Shown: positions 1 to 11,237 of the stretch, piece after piece
How positions within the stretch are numbered: position 1 is the stretch's first letter
Layout: each line of letters begins with the position of its first letter
Assembly (NCBI RefSeq): GCF_031769215.1
Contig: NW_026781888.1
Span: 2,046,001 to 2,110,000 of the forward strand
Direction of reading: 5' to 3'
Length of the DNA stretch: 64,000 nt
DNA from: Ylistrum balloti
Lineage: Eukaryota
Notes under the pieces: generated by a model
The model's input: the letters and a program-made list of their open reading frames with translations, nothing else
What the model was told of the DNA's origin: nothing
Database searches by the model: none
Position numbers and translations under genes: made by a program

Positions 1-654
1 CAACATAGGTGATAATAATATTGCCTCAATCACTTTCGTTCCCCATCTTTTTAAATAAAACTTGATCGTTGCCGAAACCTTTTTTTATAAGTACCCAGTT
101 TCCCCCAAAATAAATGTGTCCATACGCTGGAGCTGTAATCAAGCACTGTTATTTATCTGTAACAGGACACGTGCATGTTATTTTGTACAGAAATTGAACT
201 AAAGACGTGTTTTGTCAAATTTCTTTTGGCATTTAGCAATGCCCTCGGGGAAAAAAGATGTAACCCATCCAGAGACGGTAATAACAGCAGAACAGATTTA
301 ATGAAAGAATCAAATTTATTACGAAATTTAATATTTATTTAAATATCCAATAAAAAAAGTTTCCCGAGATTTGAGAGTGTCATTAAGTACAGAAATGCTT
401 TAATATTGACGATAAACAGCGATTTGATTTATTGTCCCGAGTCCAAATACAAAATTGTGTCATTCATGTTATGTCAAAAAAAATTACTCGTGTCACGCTC
501 CCATCAAAAAGTGAGAGAAAAGACTGATTTTGTTAGAGTGATTACAACAGAAATCAAGTGAGCATGCAGACTTGATTTATTTATGGTCCCGTTAAGTGTA
601 TTATAACTCGTGAATATCAACTGATTGACACTTTATGATGTACTTTGTGTTTTG

Positions 655-815
655 ATTGCACCGCGCGGAATTTTCGCGACATGTTTGATTGTTCGCAGTC
701 TGTCTTTGCGCGGGATCACCTTCCATATAAGGTCATGCACGGCCCATATCCATGCAATTTAAATATTTGTAAGCGTACATATTTAAGCGTTTTTCGTGCT
801 GGCGGCCATGGTATG
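655..815. promoter_or_regulatory. CpG-rich patch with E2F-like and YY1-like motifs
   Basis: CCGCGCGG, TTTTCGCG, TTTGCGCGGG and GGCGGCCATGG lie within ~160 bp of AT-rich DNA. Motif resemblance only. Confidence 0.3.
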
Positions 816-1644
816 AATTATGTATTACACTAAATATTCATTAGTATTTCTGCGGAATAGGCACACAAAGAGACAATGATGTCATATCCCCGAATTACGT
901 TATAATTGATGGTACTCTATGGCGGGGTAAAGCGCTGAGTCAGGAACTGTGCACGACCGTCTTACAACGTGGACAGATTTTGTTCCTAGAAGTCCGACAC
1001 CTGATGAAAAAAAAATGTGGCTGAGAGAAAATAAAATTGGTATGAAAAAACCGAACTGCTCTATGGTAGATAGTGTGTCTTACTTGAGTTTTGTTTTCAG
1101 TAAGATTTATTGTAGAACCCAAAATGCCCATGAACTTGTAAACTTCCATCGATTCTAGACTTAACCATCTAATAAGGTGTTATCGAGGACTATTTCCCTA
1201 TTCACTTGTGTGTCTTATGTACAATCTTGCGGAAACAGGCCGTCTGCGTCCGTCATCCCATTTTCTTGGAACTGCTTCGTTTTCACACCGCGGAATATTC
1301 TGGAAATGTGAGATGTCTTTAATTATCATTTAATGACGCCAGAAGCGATTTCACATCATGTCGTTTTTTCATAAAACGGAGATATTGAAGTGATTTCGTA
1401 TAAAGAGCGATATAATTACAAATTCATTATATTGCTAAGGTCCTAGTTTACAAGAAGGATTAACGATTGGTGTTTTTTGTAGATGGATGTTTCTGGACAA
1501 ACATTGTTAATAGATGAGGACAAATAACGTTATCTCTATAAGGCAGAATTGGTGGTCATAGTGTATGTAAACAGTTACAGGTTTCAGTGTAACGGTCCGA
1601 CAGCAGCGTTGATCAGCAAGTCCCAAATTACATCAACACTTTCG

Positions 1645-1652
1645 TGACGTCA
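1645..1652. promoter_or_regulatory. Perfect CRE palindrome TGACGTCA
   Basis: Exact motif seen, also at 31625-31632 and 37445-37452. Function not shown. Confidence 0.3.
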
Positions 1653-2632
1653 TGTAGTAACTGTTATTATTTTAATGTTCTATAGAAAGAAAATAATTTT
1701 AAACGTCGGCTGATACTCTGGCTGTATAAACATAATGATGTCATCTGTCTCCCTTACAACACACGACAAATCTCGCAAGTCTTCGAATATCATTATTGAG
1801 TCTGAAATGTTTAAACGTTTTATCTGGTTGAGCTTTCGATGTCCCTCTTGACCTCCAGGATTTTAGTTCTCCCACGAATACCCCTATAGTGCCCCTTTGT
1901 GGCTTTGGTCAGCATGCTATCTTTTGTTCATCATTATCATCATAAACGCAGCATCCGTGGTCACTGTCGGGGAACCTCACAGGGCATGTTTGATTGGTCA
2001 AGAAGACTTGATGCTGTGAATTGATTGATAGTGCAGGTTTTAAAACTATTGATCAATTTCTTAAATACTTTGGGAATAGTTTCAATTATTATACACGAAA
2101 CTTGTTTGAGAACAGGATAAACGTTTAACCATCGAATGAAATGATTTCCCCACGGGGAGCCCCAGATGCCGTCCAATTTAGTCTGATCTCTAGACAAACA
2201 GAAGAAGTAATCAATTCCTGCTAAGAAGGGTAATACCACAATGGTATTCTATGTGTCCGACACCGTCTGAACACTCGGAGGGAAACATTCCTATATTTTC
2301 ACACATTTTCTACACCAAAACCGTGACCCCTACATCCTTAGTACATCCTACCTGCCAAGAACCCAGCGTCTGATGTTCAATGGACCGTGAATTTCACTAA
2401 TGCTGAGTAGAGAATTGGTGTAGCGTGACTAATGACTACATGTACCATGAATGGACGTCCTGACAATTTGTAATACAAGCTATCACGTTAGAAGTTCAGT
2501 ATGTAACCGTTCTTAGCCCTGCTTGAGTCCGATAAACCCATCTGTAATATCGTGTTGTAATCACCATACTTCAGGGATATAGATCAGCGGTTACAGATAG
2601 TGTTGGTAAGACGTTAATTTTAGAGACTGATT

Positions 2633-2727
2633 GACCGGAAGTTATGATAGTGGCAAACCGGAAGTGCGATAAACAACTAACCGGAAGAATTCTTTCTGAC
2701 TGACCGGATGTTTAACTGCTTATAAAT
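2633..2727 (+). promoter_or_regulatory. Cluster of four ETS motifs followed by a TATA-like box
   Basis: CCGGAAGT (2635), CCGGAAGT (2658), CCGGAAGA (2681), CCGGATGT (2704), then TATAAAT at 2721. Confidence 0.55.
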
Positions 2728-5064
2728 CGGGTAAGATGGATACCTAGGTGTTCACTGAAGAAAGGTGTTGCTTTTTGCTTCTTTGAGTACGACAAACATT
2801 CGTTGTTATTTATAAGTCTTGGTTTGTTTATAAAAAATAGTTTTCCTGTCAGAAGTTGCACATTTTTTGTGTTCGACAGTGTCAAGAGGTCATGACGCGG
2901 AATTAAGCCGGATGTACTCGTATTATGAAATTAGGTATTGCTAGTGCTAGCAAGAACTTAGAGACCATACACCTATAAATGGTGCAGAAGCTGGGGATGT
3001 TCAGTCATGCGTGGAGTGTACCAGGATGCAGGTTATTAAAGAATGTACCACTTTCTTAATGCCAACAAGTGGTTAATCACGCTCGGGCTGTGTTAACGGT
3101 GTGTGGTTACTAGAAAGATGTGTCTGCCATGGCAACAGAACATGTCTGTTGGTATTTAGTAAGGTCCTTCAGATCATGTTTACTGGCACCGAACGCTGAT
3201 CATGTCACATTTTTAACACCTACAGGTTGTCAAGGATACTGGTTAACTGTTATTTAAACAGTTTAAACTAGAGCATAAACGGAACCGAGAATACGGTTAA
3301 ATTTCGGGGTTCGTGAGTTTTCAAAGGAATGAAAGCTTTCCAGACCTGTAATGTTTCTATTTTGTTTAGAATAACTATATTACAAATACGAATTTTTCAT
3401 GTATTTTGTGATGGTAAGTTTTCTTGGTACCCGAAAAATGCAATCCATTAATATATCAATAAAATATTAAAGATAAGATAGATTAGTTTTGAAAAAAATG
3501 CATATGTTAAATAGCTGAACAACGCAAACGAGTACAATTTTCAGTAAATGCATTCTGATTTAAAATAAAAAAATGTATCGGGGAAATCTTTATTAAGATT
3601 ACTTTTGAAAATATAAGGTTTATAACAAAAAAATGTATAACTGAATATTCCGACTTTTCGTACAATTTGTAAATTTTGGGTTTGGACTAATAGCACATGA
3701 GAGGCTGTTAAAAGACCTCGAGTGCCCGTTAATACAGAGGTGGATCCCACACATTCTTCGCCTGTTCGTCCACCGCGGTGTCTGGTTAACTGTTAAAAAC
3801 ACATAAATCTCGCCCGTAGTCTTTAGTCCTGTCATAATTGTAATACTTTCGGTGGAGATGAGGTATTTTTTTCTAGAATTATACACCGATTATTTGACAA
3901 GCAGAGCTATATCACTAGCCAGCTGGCAGATTCCATGTCCGAAAACAACCAATATCTGACATTAGTATCCATTGCCGAACTCATGACACATGCCAGTTTT
4001 CGTATCTTTGTTGCCTAACCTATTTTTAAACATTTTTGTATTCTCCCACCCCAGAAATGTAAATTTTCATTCTTGTAGATTTTATTATATTTATTTACCT
4101 AACTCGTGTCACGGTGTTTACAGTCATCATTTGCCGAACTTGTGTCGCAAACAATAAGCATATTGTGAATATACCGCACTATAATCACATCTAATATTCT
4201 TACCTCAGATTGTGTAAAATACTGCTAACCTTCTGCCTCCGCTAAATAGTTAAATAGTTTTCGTACTACATCTGGTGACCTGCTTTCAGGCTCTTGATAC
4301 AAGCTTAATTCCCGACGTCATACTTGGCAAATAGTGCAAGTCTTCGCTTTATTAAATCATTTCGGTTATAGATGGGGATATAACGTTACTGCCGTATAAC
4401 ATGTCTATAAGTACATGTTTAATATTGTTTCATTTGTTCTACAAACATTTTGATGATTCCGAGGAGAACAATTATCTCTTGTAAGTTTGTGTAATTAGTA
4501 CAGAAAATATCACCATGGTAACGCCATTCTAATTACTTCATAAAGTGGAACTATTGTTAACATAACCGGGGATAATTTTTAAGATGTTACGATTTGATAT
4601 CTTAGCTTGTACTTGAAATGATAATACAGAATATTAAATATCTAACTTTATATAAGAATCATGACTTGCTACTGAACTGTGCACTGAGAAAGAACGCCCA
4701 TGTGGCGGAGCAATAACCCCTTGACATTTGATGTCCTCTCGTACAACCGTTCTTCGGTATCAGAGACATTTTTTGCAAACGTCATGCCCTTAATACCAAA
4801 CAGCAGCTTCAGTATAAAAAATCGTCTTCTAAAAGATTGAAGTAGAAACGCCGCTGATGTAGTGAGAACGGGATCATAGCCTTGTACACTGTTCGAAAAT
4901 TTGAAACAAATAAAGTGAGAAAGAAGAGCCACTTGATACAATTAGACTAATTTTACTGACAGGATGTTTGACATAGTTTTATCTAGAACAGAGAGTATGC
5001 AGTGATGAAATCAGATCCTTGTTTAAAGTACCTAGCTAATGTCCTGATGGCGTTCGCTTACCGG

Positions 5065-5425
5065 GCCATAACGTGACGCAAGTACCACCTCTCCTAACTG
5101 TCAAATCCCGAGATCACGAGGACTTGACTCGGTCTACAGTACGATAGTAAACAATGTCGTAACGATCCCGGGGGAGGGGCGGTGACATCGTTTGTGGCAG
5201 AGTCACCACACTCGTTCGTCCTCAAAAGCGCTAGTACGTAATGCAGGACTAAACCGAAGCGGTGTGAGGTGATCTATATTGCTATACAATAGGGGATCGA
5301 ACCCATAACGTTTACGTGTAAACATAATCTGCATTGGGTGTGCTACTTGAAACTACGACTCTGGCTCGTTCCTGCAACAATATGGCATTCTGGGTAATCG
5401 AACAAAATGGCACTCTGGGTAATAT
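5065..5425. promoter_or_regulatory. CpG-rich promoter-like region with a CRE-like site, a GC box and two Staf/ZNF143-type sites
   Basis: TGACGCAA (~5075), GGGGAGGGGCGG (~5171), GCATTCTGGGTAAT (5385) and GCACTCTGGGTAAT (5410). The reverse complement TTACCCAGAATGC resembles the Staf element TACCCATAATGC. Confidence 0.5.
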
Positions 5426-6439
5426 ATATTAATTTCAGGCGGAATGCCATCACGAGGCTGGTCTTGTTTGTGACAAGTTACTGTACAGCAGAATGACTGT
5501 AAACTGCCTGTAATTACGAGTTGTGCTATGTTTGTCGTTGGTGTAGAGTACATATCTAATACCTGTATCTCAGTTCACGGAAAACATACACTAATTACGC
5601 CAGACCTTTCTAATTTAGCTTTTAGTAGATGACTTTATTGGGGGTATTTTAAAAAGAAGATAGGATACTAGCTTCCCTGCGTTATTTATAGATTCACTTT
5701 AACATGTTACGTGGTAAATAAAAGTAAAACGAAATAATACACCTGTGACCGTCTCACCTCCAGGAACTCCTTTCCCCACTCTCGATCGATAGCTGGGGTG
5801 TTCCATTGATATAATGTTAGGGGTTACAAGGATAAAAAACACATAGTTGCTTCAGTGTGACTTGTTGTATGTGGGTGTACGTAGATTGCGCCGAACTCCG
5901 CAGTGCAAGTATCTGATTGAGGTATTTCTGGTTTTCTGGGGCAAAAGATTTACAATTTGAGTTGGTAAGCACCAGTAAGAGTACATCACCTCTCATACGT
6001 GATGGTTTGATGACTGGTATTATTCGCATATGTCGCTATTTCTTCGTACAGCTGTGTAGACGAGAGTACCCTTAAGCCCAGCCACTGGCTTTAAGATATA
6101 TAGGGAATCAAATTTTGTCGTCAAAGCTCAAACATATCCTATTAATCTTTTCAGTTATTTAATCTTTGTTGGCGTCAGGTATTTCGGCCTCTAGGAAGTT
6201 GAGTGCAAATGTAGCTAAACGTTATTCTCACATGTATCGTCTTGTTTTGTTTTGGCATTGTAAACAATATGTTTACTAAGACTTTGGTGGATACCAATAA
6301 TACGTACCTATATAATGTCCCCGTTACAGCACCCAATACAGATTCAAAATACTTGGCAACCGTTCAGCTGCCGAAGAAAATCCCAATGTAAGCATGGTCA
6401 GAAACTCCCCCCCCCCCCACTCTTAAAAAATGGAGTATC

Positions 6440-6562
6440 TGCAAATTTTCGCTCATAGCTCTGATAAAGAGATGACAAACTTCAGGCGAGGGTCTCGTTC
6501 GCTGAAAGACCGAAAGGTCATAATAGTGGACGTAAAACCCCGTTAAAATAAAAAAAAAAAAT
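6440..6562 (+). mobile_element. Possible SINE-like 3' end with A-tail
   Basis: ...AATAGTGGACGTAAAACCCCGTTAAAATAAAAAAAAAAA resembles GACGT(T/A)AAAC-type SINE tails. No head was identified. Confidence 0.25.
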
Positions 6563-7460
6563 AGATTAAAAAATAAATCAGCCGAGTTCTGTCAACCCGA
6601 CTGCGTCGCACTAATCTTAGTCACATGGTCGATTGTATCAAAGCTTTTGATGTGCGCTGTAAAGTGTCAAATCGACAAATAAGTCATTGGCGTTCATTTT
6701 GCAATGAATGCAATTTTGACATGCAAGATTATTTACAAAATAAGCCGTAGAGCATTGTCTGACATTGGAAATGTCTCGGCGTTACCAGAAGATTTTGTCG
6801 GTTCAGTCTGATAATGGCAGTAAATGCTAGATTGAGCAGATATTACGTTACTTTTAATCAGAATTAAACATTCTAAGATAAACTTTTGAAAGCTTAAATA
6901 TAAAAGACATATTTTGATATTTTGATCTTCATAAATGTATACCAACGATATATCTTTATAATTTACAGAAGCCCTGATAAACGGCCCGTCATGACACCAT
7001 CCTAGTCTTGTTTTAGAAGGTCACTGACTATACATTTTGATAACAGCAGGTTGGCCACTAGAATGCCTCCACAAAGTAAAAAGTACTTTAAATAAAAAGA
7101 CAGAATTCATTTTTAATGATACATGTAACAGACGAGCCAAAACTGCAATTATGAGAGGCCACTATTTTACAAGTACATTTTAAGAAGACTTCACATTACT
7201 ACACACCACTTTACGGAGTGTCTAAAGAAGTACACGTAATGAATTAATCTATAATAAAATGGTCGGTAAATTCAGTCCCCGGCTCGTCAGCTGTACATGT
7301 ACTTCGCTCAAGAAGGGTTCAATTTTACTTTCCCTTGTTAGTTGAAGTCAAATGATAAATCCGTAGGTTTTGTTTCAGGTATGTTGTAATGTTTTCAATT
7401 CTGAAAATTTACGTTAATTCGCCTAGCGTATCACACCACTACCTACTGTGTTTAGTCAAT

Positions 7461-7474
7461 GTTTCCATAGCAAC
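7461..7474. promoter_or_regulatory. RFX X-box motif
   Basis: GTTTCCATAGCAAC matches the X-box consensus. Near matches occur at ~3124, ~8523, ~18924 and ~48085. Confidence 0.35.
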
Positions 7475-7864
7475 CGTGATGTTGCCTGAAGGATTTTTTT
7501 TCACAATTGATTCAAGATTTTCCTGAAAAAAATTGTTTACGGAAATAAAATGTAGGGAATTGTTCCGATGTAAATATCACCAAGATCTCCTGTCCAATCA
7601 AACAGTCTTTCAAGGATCAAAAAAAGTTAAAACAAACAAGACATAACGTTATCTAACAGGTTTACAAGACTTTTAGGTTTTTTGACATTGCAATTTTTAT
7701 CTTAAGGATACATGTACCATATATATATATGGCTCATGTTAGAGTTAACTCCCATTTGTTATTATTTTTTTATCTTCTCAGAGATGTTTGATGATCTTTG
7801 TCAGGAATACATTTTAAATTTAATTCTCTATATGACATTTAATTCCTTATATATCTCAAATAGG

Positions 7865-8230
7865 TCTTCAGTTCAATTTCTTGTATACCTGTCGAATGTG
7901 TCATTAATTTTTGTGTACTTGCTGAATGTGTCATCCGTTATTGTGTACCAGCTTGTGTGCTATTAAGTGTTATACACCTTTCAAATATGTCATCAGTTCT
8001 TGTGTACAATTTTGAAATGTTTCATCAATGATTGAGTAAATTTGTAATGTGTTGACAGTTCATTGTGTACTTTTCAAATGTGTCTCCAAATATCGTGAAT
8101 TTTTGCAAATATACAAACCCCTAAATGCACATTCATTATTGTACTATTTTAAAATGCTTCATTAATTCTGAAGTACCCTTAAAATTTGTTACAATTTCAT
8201 GTGTACTTTTCAAATGAGTCACCAAAACTT
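7865..8230. repeat. Degenerate ~30-bp tandem repeat (AATGTGTCATCAxTTxTTGTGTAC family)
   Basis: The TGTGTCAT...TTGTGTAC core recurs about every 30 bp. The same family recurs at ~31240-31420. Confidence 0.6.
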
Positions 8231-8884
8231 TCAATGATGTTATAACTTTTTACTAGGAACTCTCTAAGAATGGAGATACATAGTGCAAAAAAAGCTTTGT
8301 GAAGCACAGTCACAAAAATGCTTAGCAAAACTAAAGTGGTTGATGATGTTTGTGACCCTTAAACATACTTCTGCCATAAGATCAGCACCATCAGTTATTG
8401 TGTCTTATTATCATTTGGCCCACCTCAGAGACCACCAAAAGAGTAGGGAGCTTACCAAGTGTTGGAAATTGTTTCTCTCAAAACCAGCTTAATCATCACA
8501 ATCAAGGATTCCAGGATATGTGATTACCATAGCAACAATTTTGTCCTTTTCTTGACATAATTGTACTTTGTAAAATGTTTTCTATTTTTCTATTTCTAAA
8601 ATAGAATGCTTGAAAGCTGATTGCAAAGCAGACGACACACTGAGACTGAAGCAGACGACACAGTTCCAGGCGGTGTTTAGAGATGTGAAGACAATTGTGG
8701 TGTTACTTGTGTTTTGGTCGTCGTAAAGGTGTGTTGATGGGCTTGAATATTCCATCTCTCTCTAAATTGATGAAATTGTAAGAAATAGCAAACATCTCCA
8801 CGAGGAAAGCAGTAAGAAGACCCATTCTACCACTGGAAACCATACAGGTGAATGTGAAAATCTTCTCTATGTGTATCCACTGAC

Positions 8885-9286
8885 CTACTTGTTTTGTCAA
8901 TCAATTAAAACAGATAGTGGAGTTCTGGGACGCTCAGCTCATTTTACGATGAATCCAATTGATTGATTGGTCAATACTAGCTGAAAAGCAAAACTCGTGA
9001 AATTAGATTTGTGTGCAGTGTCTCGTTGAGAGGTTTACTGGAGTACAAAGTAATACCAGAGGGCATTCTGGGTAATCTAACAATTTAGAATCCATCAGCA
9101 AGGAATTCTGGGTAATCGGATAACTTTGCATACTGGGTAATCAAAAAACAAACCCAAATAACACACACATCAGCAATATATTTCACTCTATGAAACTTTA
9201 TAATCTGAGAAACAAAAACTCTATACGTGTCATATTGGATATACCAAACAAGCAAGAATATCTGGATAACACAGCACAAGGTAAGT
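8885..9286. promoter_or_regulatory. Probable (bidirectional) Pol II promoter with a plus-strand first exon ending at 9280
   Basis: CCAAT/ATTGG boxes at 8955-8970. Three Staf/ZNF143-type sites at 9063, 9102 and 9128. Consensus donor AAG|GTAAGT at 9280/9281. Minus-strand donor-like AA|GTAGGT near 8889. The DNA becomes CpG-poor to the right. Confidence 0.6.
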
Positions 9287-9736
9287 GGTTTGAAAAAATC
9301 TAATATTCAGCTGATAAATAAATTTATTGTTCCAAAGTGATAGCATAAGAGAAGAATGCCTCAACATGGTTTTCGAACCAAGGAACTCTGTGTCATTGAA
9401 CCTGTGCCCTGCCTTTATTAGGAAATCAGAATAGAAAAATTGTGTGAGAGGCGACTGTTGTGTAGATTCCCTGCAGACCTAGAGATTTTGTTGCTATGCC
9501 TGTGCCATTTTGGTTGCATGTCTTTGCCTGGGAAAAACAAGGACAACCAGAATGAGTCCATACACAGTTGTAACATAAAAGATTAATTCTCAGGTTCCAT
9601 TTTACTCTTCATGTCTCTCCTGTCCGTACCCCATTTTTGACTGTGGAGTTGGGCACATTCCCAAGTATGGAAGGAGACAGCTTTCTATCCACTGGCTCCA
9701 GAAAATTCAAAGACTACTAAATTTGTACCAATAGGT

Positions 9737-10155
9737 CATAGCTGAGTTAGCTGTAAAGGACTTAATAGCTAGTTTGAGGTTTTTGTCCTAGCTGAGTTAG
9801 CTGTAAGGACAAGTTAGCGAGTTTGAGTTTTTTGTCCTAGCTGGGTTAGCTGTAAAGGCAAGTTAGCCATTTGTAGGTTTTTTCTTCTAGCTGAGTTAGC
9901 TGTAAGGACTAATTTGTCAGTTTGAGGTTTTTGTCCTAAGTGAGTTAGCTGTGAAGGACGTCTTAGCCAGTCATAGGTTTTTGTCCTAGCTGAGTTAACT
10001 GTGAAGGACGTCTTAGCCAGTTATAGGTTTTTGTCCTAGTTGAGTTAGCTGTAAAGGACTACTTAGCCAATTATAGGTTTTTTTGTCCTAGCTGAGTTAG
10101 CTGTAAAGGACGTCTTAGCCAATTATAGGTTTTTTGTCCTAGCTAAGTTAGCTGT
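9737..10155. repeat. Minisatellite, ~50-bp unit, ~8 copies
   Basis: Unit GCTGAGTTAGCTGTAAAGGAC...TTAGCCAGTTATAGGTTTTTGTCCTA. Confidence 0.95.
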
Positions 10156-10671
10156 AGTTGAATATGAAGTTATGTTATGATAACATTTTAGATATTTACT
10201 GTAAGTCCTCTTGAGACAACTACAATTATCTCCAAAAATCTTCAGCAATCAGACTAAATAAATAGACTGTGTGAATACTGCTGTCGAAGAAAAATGTGAA
10301 ATTGAGCAAAACCTTAAGGATGAAAAGAAGAAAGAATATGATTGATGTTAGGAAGAAAGACAAGCTGTAGTGAGGAAATATGTAGATAGGAATGTTCCTC
10401 TAGATTTTCAAGGTTAGACTGCTAGAACATATTCTGTAGAGACAAGGTACTGGTAAAACTTGATTTGAAAAATGAGAAATTAGTGCTCCAGGTGTTTCCT
10501 ATTCTACACTGATCAACCCAAACTTGTGGCCCCAACTCACACATCAAACCTTAACAGTAGCTATCTGTTCTATCACCTGAATCATTGACTCCATCCAACC
10601 TCAGGATCTCACACTGAGTCTGCTGATGACCTTGACTCAATATTTCTCCCGATGAAGATAAATACTACAGA

Positions 10672-10689
10672 CTCTCTCTCTCTCTCTCT
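10672..10689. repeat. (CT)n microsatellite
   Basis: About 9 CT units. Confidence 0.9.
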
Positions 10690-10694
10690 GGCTA

Positions 10695-11237
10695 CTGACC
10701 CTTGACCTCAGATCCTTTTCCTTACCTCAGACCAATTTACCAACTTTGACCACTGACCTTAGACCTGCTTTTTGACTACTGATACTAGACCACATACTTC
10801 CTCATCTAAGACCAGACTATTGACCCCTGACCTCAGGCCTTCTAGACAAAGGCCTCTGACAACTTCCAGACTACTTAACCTGCATCACATCTACTTCCAG
10901 ACTAGTAACCTCTGACCTCAGACCAGCTTCATGAGTATTGACCCCTGACCTCAGACTCACTTTTTGACTACTGACCCTTGACCTCATGACTTTTGACTCA
11001 CTATTTAATTTCTTCTCTGTAGAATACCCCACAAATTTGTATTACAAATGCTCTCAACATAATCCAAAACCTTGACCTTTGAACTTGTTACATGACCTTA
11101 TATCCTATAAGTTGAAATAACTGACCTTGGCAACAATACTGAAGACAACCTGAAGACAACTGTCTAACCTTCTGCCCCTTGAAATCTGACATGCTATTTG
11201 ACCTCAGTGTCTGTCATAGTGCCTGACCTTTGACCTG
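10695..11237. repeat. Degenerate TGACC-rich repeat containing seven DR1-type motifs
   Basis: TGACC(C/T)nTGACCT-like motifs at 10696, 10821, 10906, 10939, 10972, 11073 and 11224. Confidence 0.65.

Noticed and set aside
870-1070. Plus-frame peptide NYVIIDGTLWRGK...LCTTVLQRGQILFLEVRH...CG*EK resembling the Gypsy integrase zinc-binding region
   Set aside because: The second His, the CxxC and the downstream DDE core are not visible, and there are several stops. The resemblance is too loose without a profile search.
2502-2595. TGTAACCG...CGGTTACA inverted ends suggesting a solo LTR
   Set aside because: The ends are only ~95 bp apart, there is no target-site duplication, and no second copy occurs in the window.
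2940-3290. Peptide VNHARAVLTVCGY...CWYLVRS resembling the papain-family catalytic His region
   Set aside because: It needs insertions and read-through of stops, and there is no QxxxGxCW motif nearby. Probably chance.
5285-5365. Minus-strand GGTTCGATCCC B-box suggesting a tRNA
   Set aside because: I could not form an acceptor stem or cloverleaf. At most a decayed tRNA-derived head.
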